DNA of 64,000 nt from Amoebidium appalachense. Lineage: Eukaryota; Protista; Ichthyosporea. Below are positions 40,361-52,854 of the stretch, one piece after another. Location of the stretch: assembly GCA_963693365.1 (NCBI GenBank), contig CAVNZM010000007.1, forward strand, positions 8,863,962-8,927,961, in the 5' to 3' direction. Position 1 is the first letter of the stretch; each line of letters begins with the position of its first letter. The notes under the pieces are model-generated. The model did not search any database. It had not been told where the DNA came from and worked only from the letters and a program-made list of their open reading frames with translations. The position numbers and the translations under genes are program-made.

Positions 40361-40500
40361 AGGTTATCCTATGTATAGTGCAATGTATATACATTGGATA
40401 TCTTATGTACAGTGCAATGTATATACATTGGATATCCTATGCATAGTGCAATGTATATACATTGGATATCCTATGTATAGTGCAATGTATATACATCGGA
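40361..40500. repeat. 34-bp tandem repeat x4 in the right subterminal region of the CMC element
   Basis: atgtatagtgcaatgtatatacattggatatcct units. Confidence 0.85.
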
Positions 40501-40769
40501 TATACATAGGATATACATATGACATACGCTTTACGACATCCATAAACCCTATGGATGTCGTAAAGAGGGTTGATGGATGTCGTAAAGCGTATATCCAATG
40601 TATATACATAAGACGCTCCGTTAACCCCATGGAACTCTTTACACTATCGTAAAGAGGTCGTGCAACCACTCCATATGAACTCGCGGTGTGCTTTACGATG
40701 GGTGACAGGTTTACGCCATCGGAGATGGCATTACGAGGGGTATACGATCCCCGGTGGAGATTGCTGATG

Positions 40770-41655
40770 AAGAAGGAGAATTTGGGGGAGGAAGTAGGGG
40801 GGGTGAGAGGTATTGACCCAAACTCTAATGAATGCACCAGTGACGGTGGCCTGCTTGGAGGCATTAGATTGGTATGCATGCCAGGGTTTGAAACGAATGA
40901 TGGATTGTCCCAACCCTGCTAGAAGGGAAGTGCGGTTTTTGTTGTGGTAAGAGCAGTGTAACCCGTAGTTGGTGATGGTGATATCTACCTCGAGCTGTTT
41001 GTAGGTGTAGGAGTCTGGTTTTAATTCAAGGGTGAGAGCTGAGGGGTAGCATGAGTGAATGAATGCTCGTTTTAGGGGAGTCACCAGGGGGGTGTGGTGG
41101 GTCGAAGTGAGGGGGGTGACAGCTAGCCAATATGCGTCATCTACATATCTGGCTCCTGCGATCACAAGGCGCATGAAATATGCCTGTGTCCGTAGGGAGA
41201 GGATCATGAGTTGCTCACTGTGTGCACATACTACCAATGCATTAGGGGCACTAGTGGGAGAGCCCATAGGGATGCCCCCTGATTGTCGTATGACTTGGTC
41301 GGTGCCTACCAGAAACAGAGCGTGTTGTAGATCGAATTTCACTATCTCGTGGATTTGGCTGAGAGTGATGCGAACATAGCGCTTGTCGGGGTGTTTGCCA
41401 AATTTTCCGTCGGCGGAATCTCCAATCGAGACTGAGATAAAGGCATCATGTGGGTGTGTTTGGCTAGCCCGGTCGAGTAGCCATTCGACAGCCTTAAGTA
41501 CGTCAGCGTGTTCAAGGTTAGTGAACATGTTTTTGACATCAGCGGCTACATGAGTGCCTTTGATCAGTTCCCCCGGGAACTGTTTCTCGATGATGCGATT
41601 GGTGGTGTGTACAAAGTCTGTGATATCCTGTGTACGCCACACATAACAACCATAC
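40770..41655 (-). pseudogene. Penelope-like reverse transcriptase core
   Basis: ADVKNMFTNL, QSGGIPMGSPTSAP, ARYVDD, long insert between motifs A and B. Confidence 0.9.
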
Positions 41656-41662
41656 CTTTCTC

Positions 41663-44035
41663 TCGCGGTAGATGCTGACCATGTTTCCTCGGAGGTTCAT
41701 AATCTTGTGGGCCTTGTTGGTGACGTCCCAACCCACGTAGATGCCGAGCTTGAAGGTGGAAGCCAACTTGTCCCGTTTGGTGGCTGGCACGTGAACATAT
41801 GCAGGGCAGCCGAACACGTGCAGATGAGTGATATCAGGCTTGACGTGGCACCATAAAAAACTTCGAATGGGGTGTGTTTGTTGGCAGCACGGGCAGGGGT
41901 GACGTTGACGATGTAGGCAGCATGCTTGAGTGCAGCTCCCCACAGTTTGGGGGAGAGGGGGTCAGCCTTGTCTTGATGGAGGAAGCACCGAACGATCTCC
42001 TGTAGATCTCTCATCTTCCGTTCCACCAGGCCGTTGAGCTGCGGGCAGTCGACGGGGGCAACCTCCTGGATGATGCCCTTGGACTGACCGTATTGTTCCA
42101 TGGCATGGGAGGTGAACTCAGAGCCAGAGTCTGAACGGAAGTGGGTGACGACCTTGTCCGGTTGCTTGTCAATGCCTTCCACCAGGGCCTTGACGTAGTC
42201 GAGAGTCTCAGACCTGTCACGGAGAAGAAACACGATAGTGTAGCCGGAAGCATCACACGTGCACACGAGTGCCACCTTGTAGCCACCGTAGGAAACACAG
42301 GGAGGCTCGAAGAAGTCCATGTGCCACTTGGCACCGGGGAAGGGGCACTGAGTCCGGGTGCCGGAGAACGGGGCCTTGGTGGTCTTGCCGGAGATGCAGC
42401 CGAAGCAGTCAGTGGTGTCGACCACTGAGAGGGAAGAGGGTAGGCCAGTCACAAGTTCACCCTTGGCCATCTTGGTGAGGGTGGACATGGCACGGTGCCC
42501 TAGACGATGATGCCAGAGTTGAGGATCCACGTTGACCTTGGCGTTGGCGACCATAGCAGTGACGGATCTGGGAATGGATGGACGGATCTCATAATCGGTG
42601 ATGAAGTACAGACCGTCGTTGCCGAGAAGATTACACACAATGTTTCCACCACGGGTGTAGAGGAAGGATGGGTAATCATCCTCATCATCGAGGTGGGCGA
42701 GTAGGCCCGACTTGGAAGCCATGGACGGTGAAATAAGGAAGGCTGGGGAGTCAGGTACATAGAGTGTGTTGAGGTTACGGTACGGAGGCAACACCGTTGT
42801 AGTTGACAGCCAGGTTGATGATGCCACGGTGATGAGCAGTCACAATGCCGAGGCCGTGGACTTCGGTGGGGGGGCACGGTTCGAGGGTGGAGAAGTACTC
42901 CTTGATGGGGAACACATGGACGTTGGAGGCTGAGTCCCAGCAGGGGTCCATGGAGAGGGTGGCTGTTGATGATACGAGGGCAAAATGCACCTCCTTCCCA
43001 GACTTGGGGTTAGTACGGTGACGACGAGCAATCTTGCAGCCAGGTTGGTCACACTGAGTGACATGATGATCTTCATGGCAGTAGGAACAGCAGAGGGTGC
43101 CAGTTGACTTGGCACGGGGGTGGCTGGGGTAACGGTTACTGCCTTGACGGGGGGGGGTACGGGGAACGGGAACGGGGTCCGGGGGAACGGGAGCGTGAGT
43201 TGTCACGGTCGACGGAGGAGGAACGATCACTGGAACGTCCACGGGAGAAGCGTGAGCCTGAGCTGTCACGACGGGGAATACGGTTACGGAGGTCGTCCTT
43301 GGGGAGAACACGGCTTTGCAGTGCACATGCAGTACGGACGGAGAGGGAAGACCCGGAGCCAGAGTCAATAAGACCTTCACGGATCTCGGCAGCTCGGATA
43401 TCACTAACGAGACGGTTGTAGGAGTCGTAGTTGATGCTGCGACGGAAATAATCGGCAATCATAGCCTTGATGTCAGAACAAACCAGGTTACGGTGTTTCT
43501 TGAGGTGGATAAAGAAGTTATCAACCATGGTGTTATGAGAGATGGGTTCTTCGAGGATGTGCAGGGTAGTGCACAGACGGCGCACCATAGTGAGGTAGGC
43601 CGTGACGGTCTTGAAGTCCTTGAGTTCGAGTTCGTGGTACTCGAGGAGGATTTGACGAGCACGATCTTCACGTTCAGCCGCATACGTCATACGGAGGTTG
43701 TGGAAAGCTTGGGCAGGTGACACATCATCCTGGATTTGACCGGAGTTATACAGCTCATCACTGGAGACGAGTTGAGTAAGCATCTGGTCGAGGAAGTTGG
43801 AAACTTCGGTGTAGGCTTCCTCGGTGTCGTAGCCATGCCAATCGTTCTCGTCGGAGGCATCAACCCACTCGAGGGTCTTGATGGCGGCGACTAACTTGGC
43901 CGCGGTGGTGGTACGTAGGTACCGGAAAATGACGGGTTCCCACTCATAATAGGTGAGACGTTTACCGGACTTCTTGTCGGTGGTGTCCTCCCCCTTCCAG
44001 GGGGTGAGGTTGAGATACGCGGGTTTCTCCGACAT
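41663..44035 (-). pseudogene. Copia gag, protease and integrase (frameshifted)
   Basis: CSYCHEDHHVTQC, WDSASNVHV, LWHHRLGH..CFGC, WHMDFF, RSDSGSEF, NGLVERKMR, HVFGCPAY. Confidence 0.95.
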
Positions 44036-44163
44036 CGTTAACGAGTAGTCAGAAGTCGCGATCGCGGAATGCGAGAGGAATTTAGATTGGTATGTAAATC
44101 TAAATCGGTATCGATTGCAGAGAGAAATTGTGTTACGAGAGCGTGCAAAAGGGCCTGTAAACC

Positions 44164-45050
44164 TGTTAGTTTGTATAATTCTACGGGACTATACTTATGT
44201 CTACGGCAAGCAGAGTGCACAGATTTGTCATGTAGAAACACGACCAACACAATAATGAGAGGGCAATCGGAGTTGTTGATGATACATGAAAGATTTTGAA
44301 ACAACAACTGAAGTTTATTGATCTCTCTCGAGCCCTTTTGTACCGGGCCAAATATTCATCTTATCAAAAATACAGGAAAGGAACCAATCAGCTCTTCCGA
44401 ATGATAGAGAACTACATTCCACCATAGCATACGCTATTCTACCTTCTGACCCAGCAGAAGTCTCAAAACACTACTTAAATAAATTAAGTAATACAGACAA
44501 CTTGTCACTATCAATTCAAATATATATTTATACTTGTCTCTATAAAGAAACTCGTCTAAATACATATGTTTCCTAATAGATGACACTCTTTAGAGAGAAG
44601 ATATCTTATCTCGAGACACATACCATACAGAAACAAAATGTCCAATCATAACACGTCTATGATTAAACGTACTGAACAGGAATGCACAACACAATCTACG
44701 AGTGTACTTACTCGCGTCTATTGGTGAGCTATCACTGCTTGAACAAAGCCACAAAGACAACGACTATAGCTAACCAATCACGCTACTATTCAGATAAACT
44801 GAGGAGAGCAAACAGAAATGGAATACAATAAGTTCTTATCAGGCAAATGAGCCAGGTGTGCCCAGATCTCAAGATATCTATGCACACAGGAACACGGGAG
44901 GTAGAGAGAGAGATACGGGGGGGGGGGGGGGGGGGGGGGGGAGGGAGAGAGAGAAAAGATCAAAAGCACAAAGAGAAAAGCAGACACGAATACAAATAAG
45001 CTAAGACACATACATACTTCAAACTCTTGCTGTCTATGTCTATTTCAACA
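44164..45050 (-). repeat. Copia 5' LTR
   Basis: Matches 19803-20690. Confidence 0.96.
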
Positions 45051-47146
45051 CACGTACACACGTACACACGTACACGTACATACAGATTGTGGAGGCCATT
45101 CAGACTGGTCAGCAGGTGCTGTGCATGCCTCGCATGGTGTACCTGTACCCCCTCTTCCGCATGCTCCCAGTGGATCTCATGGACTCACTGTGTGCATGGC
45201 TGGGAATTAGCTCGAGCATGGACGACTTTAAGGGCAGGCAGGCAGAGACAAAGAAGGTCCTTTAAGGGGCCGGTGTGTGATGGTTCAGGCATTGGTGTGG
45301 ATACCATATATGGCATAAGCTCGAGCGTGGACAACTTTAAGGGAAGGCAGGGTGAGACAGAGAAGGTTCTTTACGGTGGATTCGTTAAATTTTAAGGGAG
45401 TTGGTGTTGGTGTGTGATTGGTTGAGGTATCAGTGTGGATACCATAATATGTTTGGACTCGAACATTTGCATCGAACACTGCCCTTAAGAATTCCTCATG
45501 CTCACATGCACACCCAACGTACATGTAGTATCGATACCCAATTTAGGCAGTTGTTGTCGATAGACGATTTAAAACTTTTTGCACGAAACGAACCACTGCC
45601 TTACACCACCAACAGACACAGACATGTTTTGCACTTTGTCCCCAACTCAGGGATTGTCTTTTCCTTTCTTTTTTAACTTTTCCTTTCCTTTTTAACTTTA
45701 ACCCATGATTTTCTATCCCCAACTCAGGGATTTTTTTTTAACTTTAATCCATACTTTTCTATCCCCAACTCAGGGATATTTTCTTCTTTCCTTGTTAACT
45801 TTAAAACATATTTTTCTTCACCACAATCATAAGGTTTCATAGCGTCATGTAACTGTGAGCGTTAAGCTTTTAATTTAATCACGGTGACATGTGGACACAA
45901 ATGCACATATTCTTATACCAGGTACAAGTTTCCTTTTTGGACATGCCATAATCATAATTTTTCCATAAATGCGCAATAAGAGGCACTGCGGGCAGTGGCT
46001 TTGGATAATAAAACTGGGCGAATTTTTCACTGGATTGTATTTCAGATTTTATATTCACATGTGTAGACATCATGGTTGTGTACATTCACGTGCACACCGT
46101 GCTGTTCCCCCACAACCAGTCTACGTGCCTTTGTGTCTTCTCGCCAGAGGCTGGAATAGAGCCTCGGAAGCAGCTACCAATCGGCTGCATCACTTTTAGC
46201 TGTATTCCTTATTAGGGCAGTTGCTCTGCACTTTAAGTATGCAGTTAGGAGCGATGCAAAGAACGTGAACACTTTGCCAGCATGTATCTTAGGTGTACGG
46301 CACACACTGTGTGCCGTAGACACTTTATTGGGCACTAGACATACACATGTAGCACTGTAGTATAACTTGAAGCTAGATTATGATCACCCAGGAAGCTCAT
46401 GTACTCATGTATATGTCATGTACTTTATTTTAAGTAGGGCCACATGCCTATTGGCTGTCGCCTTACAAAAGTATGCGAGCAGTGCTCTCCGGACCGGCGG
46501 AAACCAAGGGACTATAAAAGGCTGGCACATTCCAGACTTGGGTCACTTGGGCGGGGCTGTGTGTCCGAGTAAACGTTACACTAGTCGTGCGGTGTCAGAC
46601 TAGCTGTAGCACCCGCTTTCTTGTCTCTATACTTACGTGCTTCTCCTAGCCTGCATATGTTAACTAGGGCATAGTATTAGTGTATACACACCCTGGTTTT
46701 CACTGGCGACCGCAGGCAGTCGAAGGTCTAGAGCGTTGGCATTAGCGTTTTTAGACTTTCGGGTGATCACAATCAAGCGATTTTGCACATTCTTTACGGT
46801 AAACAGTCCGGAAATTTCTCCTAGTTACAACTTTGTGATTGGTTGGGATTCGCGCTGTGTTCCCGTGATTGGATACCTAAAATTTGTTGGCCACATTTGG
46901 GTGTTTGCGCCATCAACTTGGTATCCGGCGTGCTACTGCGAAGTTCCGACTTTCACCGTGAACGTGGGTGGCTGCCAGCGTAGCTGGAGCTGCTTGCACT
47001 GTGCTTTGCAAGTGCAACCGGTGGTACTGTGTGACAGTGACCACTGGGAGGGTAGGCTGCTGTGTTGGGGCCGTGGGCACGACCAGTAGGGAACCCTTTT
47101 GACACGTTGGTGTGAGCCACTGTGGTGTCAAGAACGTGCAGCTGAG

Positions 47147-49598
47147 ATGGCTGGCACTGGGGCTGAGAGAGGCGGGCGCCGTTCCCGCAGTCGCAGCCGT
47201 GAGCCTGGCCGGCGTTCGGCCACGCCTGAGGGCGGTCGGGAGAGTTCCCCTTATGATTCTGGTGAGTGTGCTGATGATTCCCGTGTGTGTATGGCTCCCC
47301 CCATGTCGGGGCTGGGTGACGATACAGAGACACGTGGCATACACACACCTGGCCGTCGTGTTATGCCTGCTACTCAGTTGCGTGGGCGCAGGACTCTTCG
47401 GGGCACTAGGCCTATTAATGTTGCTGCTTTCCATGTTGAGCCTGAGTCTGCTGATTCTGAATGGGAGCAGAATGGGTCTAGTGAGAGCTCGGGGTCTGAG
47501 AGTGACGAGGGTGGTGACTCAGATTACGAACCCCAGTCACCTGTGCGCTCTCCTGGTGTGTGTGATCGTGTGGGGGATGGGGATGACGTTAGTGAGAGTG
47601 ATGGTTCTGAGTCTGAGCCTGATCTGACTGTACCCCCACCTGCACGTGACCCTAGCACACCGGAACGTTCTTTACTTGATCATGCCGCTGAGGTTATGGG
47701 GGTAGATGCTAGCAGCACGGAAGAAGTGTTGCGCCGGCAGACTGAAGCATTGCGTGCATTCGAAGCCCTGAGAGAAGCTGGGTGGGTTCCTGCTAAAAAG
47801 AGGGGTGCACGTGGTGTTGGCAGTCAGGCTGGTGGGAATAAACAGGCAGTTGGCAGTCAGGGTGAGACCCAGGAGGGTGATGTTTACTTACGGAATAACT
47901 ATTATGGGGTTTTGGCAGATGACCAGCGGGGATACAACTACAACCCGCCCACCCCTGGCCGTGAGTACCGTTCACCATCACCTGACCGCGATGCCGACCG
48001 TTCCCGCTCCCCTCCCTCGCGGCACCGTTCTCCGTCTCATCGTAGCCGGTCCCCTGATCGTGTGCGTGAGCGCGAGCGCGGTGGTGAGCGCAGCAAGGAG
48101 CGTGGGTGTGTGCACGAGCGCACTCGCTCGCGCAGCCGCTCTCCCCAGCGCAACCGCACTCCAGAACAGGAGTCTTCTCGCGCACGCACCCGCGACCATT
48201 CGCCACGGGGTCGGGACTGTACAACACCATCTAACTGTGGGTGTAACCACCGGGGTTGTGGGCCGGTGCAGCAGTGGCCTTTTGGTTTCCCGGCCATGCC
48301 TGCAGGGGGGCCCAACACTAACATGAGTGGGCCCATGATGACCCCCTTCCCCATGTTAATGTTTGGTTATCCGCAGCCCAACGTTGGGGCAGCAGGTACC
48401 AACACTCAGCCCACAGATAACAAGGTGGAGAAGGAGAGAAAGACCCGTCCATCTAGCAAGCGTAAGTCTTCTGGCCGGCGTGCACGTACGCCTGTGTCTG
48501 AGGAGGACTGCAGCGAGGATGACGGGGCGAGCCAGAGCAGCTCGGAGAGTGAAGATGACAACCACCCGCCAAAGAAGGTGAAGTCTGCACGTGATTTGCT
48601 CCTTGCTTTGATGCCGGAGCATGATATGGCATGGCGTAAACCGTTGGTTGTGCACCCCTCTCGCCACTATGCGCCTCTGATCACTGCAGATAAGGTGCTC
48701 CAGTTTAAGGGTGATATGAGTGATACGCGCACGGTGGTTGAGTGGCTCTCTGAGCTTGCAAGCTTGTTTTTCAGGGTGGCTGGTGTGCCTGTGCATGATG
48801 CTGTGCCTTTAGTTGTCTCGTGCTTTCCTCCTGCAAGCCCCGCACGCAATTGGTTTTCCAAATTTTTGCCGCACGCACCCTAATGCCACGTTCGAAGCTT
48901 TTGCGCAAGAAGTGGTTAAGGAGTTCCATGGTGAGCACGTTTTGGAAAAATGGCAGGGCAAGCTGGACAAGTTGAAGCAGGGAAACATGGAGGTTTCGGA
49001 ATTCTATACACAGCACGCTAGCTTGTGGGCGCGAGTGTATCCACATGGCACGGATGAAGCGCGTTTGATTGATTTTTCGCACAAGTTGAACGCTGCCGCA
49101 TTTAGTGATTACCAAAAATGGGCGGTGAAGCAGAGGCGTGCGAAAAAGTGCCTAACCATCCAGGATGCACTCGTTCACTTATCGGAAAAAGAGCGCGACC
49201 GCAAAAGCACACAGAAACACACAAAGGGTACAGCCGGTGTGTTTAATGTGCAGCAGTCGGCTATGGTGGCTGTGCAGGAGCAGGCAGCAGCATTGGGCTT
49301 GGATGTGCCGTCGTTTCTTGCTCTGGTGGGGTCCGGTTTGACTAAAAATCCGTGGAAAACTCCCCCACAGAAGCCCAGATACGGTGCATCGGGCAGCAGT
49401 GTCGTTTGCTACGGCTGCGGGAAGCCGGGACATCGCAAAGGTGATGCGGAATGCCCGGCTGCTAATCGCCGCTGCAACGTTTGCAAGAAAGTAGGCCACT
49501 ATTCCGATTCCCGGTTGTGCAAGGGAGAGCCCAAGGGTAACGGCAAGCATCAGCAGGGCCGTGACCCAGACAAGAAGAAGCATTCACACCGCAAATAG
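47147..49598 (+). pseudogene. Gypsy #2 gag (RS/acidic N-terminus, capsid-like region, two zinc knuckles; frameshift near 48860)
   Basis: FKGD...EWLSEL, PARNWF, LKQGNMEVSEFY, CYGCGKPGH, CNVCKKVGH. Confidence 0.85.
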
Positions 49599-50567
49599 GA
49601 ACTCGCGGGGGTAAAAGGCGCGGTGCCGGGGGTAGTTGGTGTGCGTAGCGCATTTTTGCACATCGGAGAGGATAGTGTACAAAGTAGTGAAGTGGTTAAC
49701 GAGAATTTTGTGCACGACCCTTCTCCCCTGGCGGGAAATTGCAAGGGAAATAAAGCAATCACTCGAAAAATTGTGTCTTTTGCCCCCACCCATATTGTGA
49801 TCCCGTCCACCCTAGGTGCAACCACCCCCACAGGTCACGTTGGGGAGGGGCAGGGTGCACCCGGGAAGGAGGGTGTTATGTCGGTTCAGGATTTTGCGGA
49901 TTTGAAGCAGGCACGGGCAGAGGGGTTGGCGGGGCTGGCGGGGCGCGTGCATCCCACCCCCAAAGAACCATCTGTGTGCAAAGTGTCTGCTAAGGGCTCT
50001 ACCTCTTGTTTGCTTGCCACTGTGAGGTTGCATGGGCACCTAGTTACGGTGGTTGTGGATACCGGTGCTAGCCATTCATGCTTGCAATATGATTTTGCGC
50101 TGAAATTACCATTTGCTACGCGGAAGCGCATTTCGCCGGTTCACAACTTTAGTGCTGTTGGTGCTAGCGGGGACACCTTGCCATGTGCAGGCCGTGTGGG
50201 TTTGCACCTGCAGGTGCCCAACACAGAATGGAGCCATGTGCAAACCTTTCATATTTTGCGTGGCCTCCCCTATGCAGCCTTGCTAGGCATGGATTTCTTG
50301 TTGGGTTTCGATGCACAGATTGACCTGTTGTATAAGCACTTGTTGCTCAGGCCTGCCCACGGCCAGGCAGAGTGCTATATGCCTGTTTGGTGGCTTGGGG
50401 CGGGGGTGCGGGGTGGTGAGGTGGCAACACTTATCACCACCACCGGCGTGCATCTCCCTCCTTTCAGGTCGAATGTGGCTTTGTGCTCGATGAAGGATGG
50501 GGGGGAAGGTTTGGAGGCTGGTGTGACGGGTGTTGTCGTACCCAGACCCACCTCTAACACCGATATT
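49599..50567 (+). pseudogene. Gypsy #2 pol N-terminus (aspartic protease), truncated
   Basis: VVVDTGASHS, ALLGMDFL. Confidence 0.9.
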
Positions 50568-51487
50568 CATCAGCAAACATCTCCCGGCATCTTTTTCCCG
50601 TCTCAAACCAGTCTGGGACATCCTAAACCCGTAACCCATCCTGAACCATACCCTTTGTAACCGTTATTAGTTAGAGATGACTCCAAGCTATCCCTAACCC
50701 GTCCGGCTTTAGCAGGCGATATTAAAGACATCTCTGTAAGTACGTCCTTAGCATATCTGTAACCCGGCGAAACCCTATCCCGTGTTCCATCTGTTTCCTC
50801 CCCCAAGCATATCTTAGAGCCGTCTTTGTTATGTCTTAAACGAATCTATAAAACGACAATATTTATGAACTTTTACTAAAAAGATATCCCCAGCATATCT
50901 GTAAGCTATCGATCAGCCGTCTACAAGAGCGCTTTGCGATCACCAATATCCATCTTTAATACTACTTTATGTAGTTCAGACGAACATATATTGCATACTT
51001 AACACCTATTGAAGAATTTGCAGAGATATATTACAGATATGTTGTGGTTAACCTAAATGTATCCTTACGATGTAGTTATGTAATATGTTATTTCAGTCTA
51101 ACACGAGTTGTCGACTTTAGGACGTACTAAAAGCAACTCACCGATAGGCTAGGGATATTTTTATTGGTACATAGTGACACAAACAAGATATGCGTGAGAC
51201 GTATTTACGTCATAATATAGATTCATCATCAATTGAGGAAAAGACACAAAATATATACACTTTAGACGGCTTTAGGACGGCCTAACGTTATATATGGTCG
51301 CTCCCATAGATAGAATAATTATATATTCATAGTTCTGGTAAGAGCACCGGAAGATTTCTTGATGCAATTTTAAAGCCATCTTTCAGGATGTTCTAAAAGT
51401 CACACTAAAAAGACCGTCGTCATCCTTAAAGTCATCTGTTGGATGGCTGGAGGTTGTCGTGATGATATCTTAAACCCCCCCTCCCTC

Positions 51488-52030
51488 CCCCCCCCCCACC
51501 CCACATGAACCTTTGACGATCGATGACGACAATGAGGTGCCAGACCCACAGGGTCTTTTCCTGGGGACCACCACCCACCCCACATGAACCTTTGACGATC
51601 GATGACGACGACGAGGTGCCAGACCCACAGGGTCTTGCCTCCATACTTTATTTACCTTAACAGGACAAAGAGCCGGTACCCACCTATGGGTGCTAAACAT
51701 GCACATGATCATTCATGTGCTATAAGAGCAACACAGAAACGAAACACGGAAACAACAGCAGCCATAGGACAAAGAGCCCCAGACCCACAGGGTCTTGCCT
51801 CCATACTTTATTTACCTTAACAGGACAAAGAGCCGGTACCTGTGCTATAAGAGCAACACAGAAACGAAACACGGAAACAACAGCAGCCATAGGACAAAGA
51901 GCCCCAGACCCACAGGGTCTTGCCTCCATACTTTATTTACCTTAACAGGACAAAGAGCCGGTACCCACCTATGAAACGAAAAACGGAAACAACAGCAGCC
52001 ATAGGACAAAGAGCCGGTACCCACCTCTAG
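51488..52030. repeat. Compound tandem repeats (~80-bp x2 and ~125-bp x3)
   Basis: cagacccacagggtcttgcctccatactttatttaccttaacagg recurs near 51620, 51780 and 51905. Confidence 0.85.
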
Positions 52031-52854
52031 ATGATAACGTAGCCTTATAGCTGCTGATGACTTCATGGGCCAACCTTGCCAAAACCTGTAAAGGAACTCG
52101 AGCTAAGAATTAGCTCATCCTACTTGCGAGAAGTGGGGGGAGGGGGGGGGGGGACTGAGGGGGCTGACTGAGAGTGGCAAAAAAAGAGTCGACAGAACCA
52201 ACCTCAAAAATAGTAAGGACGGAAACCCGGACCAGAACTTATGAAGTCTAGAGAAGCAGAAAATAGCTTGAACGATCGGTGGAGGGGATGATAGCTATAG
52301 TGCTAACAGCAAAAGTAGTGCCCACAGTCGCTGGTTCATGAACGTGAAAGGCAACGTGCATGTTAAATTGTATAAGTATTTGGGATGTAAGCAGAGACAC
52401 AGTGGTGCAGTGTGAAAACACCACAGACACACACAACAACAAAACACGGAACGATCGGAGCAGTGTACACAACAGACATCAATGTTTAGACACGACTGAA
52501 CTGAATTTATTCTGATCTTTGAATAAATACCTGAAATTCCTCTAAGTCCAATCCATACATGATTTCCGACCAGTCGGAAATCAGATCTATCTCTAATAGA
52601 AACCAATCACTAAGAACCAATTGCTTTCAGAGAGATCTGGTACGCGGAGACGTACACGATAGGACACAGACACTAGTTAAGATCAACTCGTGTCATCATC
52701 AAGGAAGTTCTAACCTATGACACACTGCAAAGACTCAGACATATCACACTTAACCTTGATGATTGGTTAAAGCCCGGCAACACATGAAAACTAAAGTAAA
52801 TTAATGAAGTCTAAACACACATGTTATTCTAAGTGTAGCCTAAGTGTGTTAGCT

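Larger units (their letters stand above)
24614..40769 (-). mobile_element. CMC-superfamily (EnSpm/Plavaka-type) DNA transposon #1, ~16 kb including cargo
   Basis: Perfect 14-bp TIR CATCAGCAATCTCC (24614-24627 / 40756-40769), 2-bp TSD AA, subterminal tandem arrays, Plavaka-like transposase exons. Confidence 0.88.
23054..41662 (-). mobile_element. 5'-truncated Penelope-like element (Naiad/Chlamys-like RT), split by a CMC transposon
   Basis: RT 41655-40770 continues in frame at 24613-24458. Microsatellite-rich 3' region, (TAA)n at the distal junction. Interrupts Copia between IN and RT. Boundaries approximate. Confidence 0.75.
19803..45050 (-). mobile_element. Ty1/Copia LTR retrotransposon in SDR intron 6, split by nested insertions
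   Basis: LTRs 19803-20690 and 44164-45050 (TGTT...AACA), TSD CACGT on both sides, minus-strand PPT at 20691-20700, order gag-PR-IN-RT-RH. Confidence 0.96.
46368..50567 (+). mobile_element. Ty3/Gypsy-like element #2 (5' LTR ~46368-46702, PBS, gag, protease), cut at 50568
   Basis: ...TTTTCA then TGGCGACCGC at 46704, TATAAAA near 46513, gag and PR downstream. LTR start uncertain. Confidence 0.8.
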
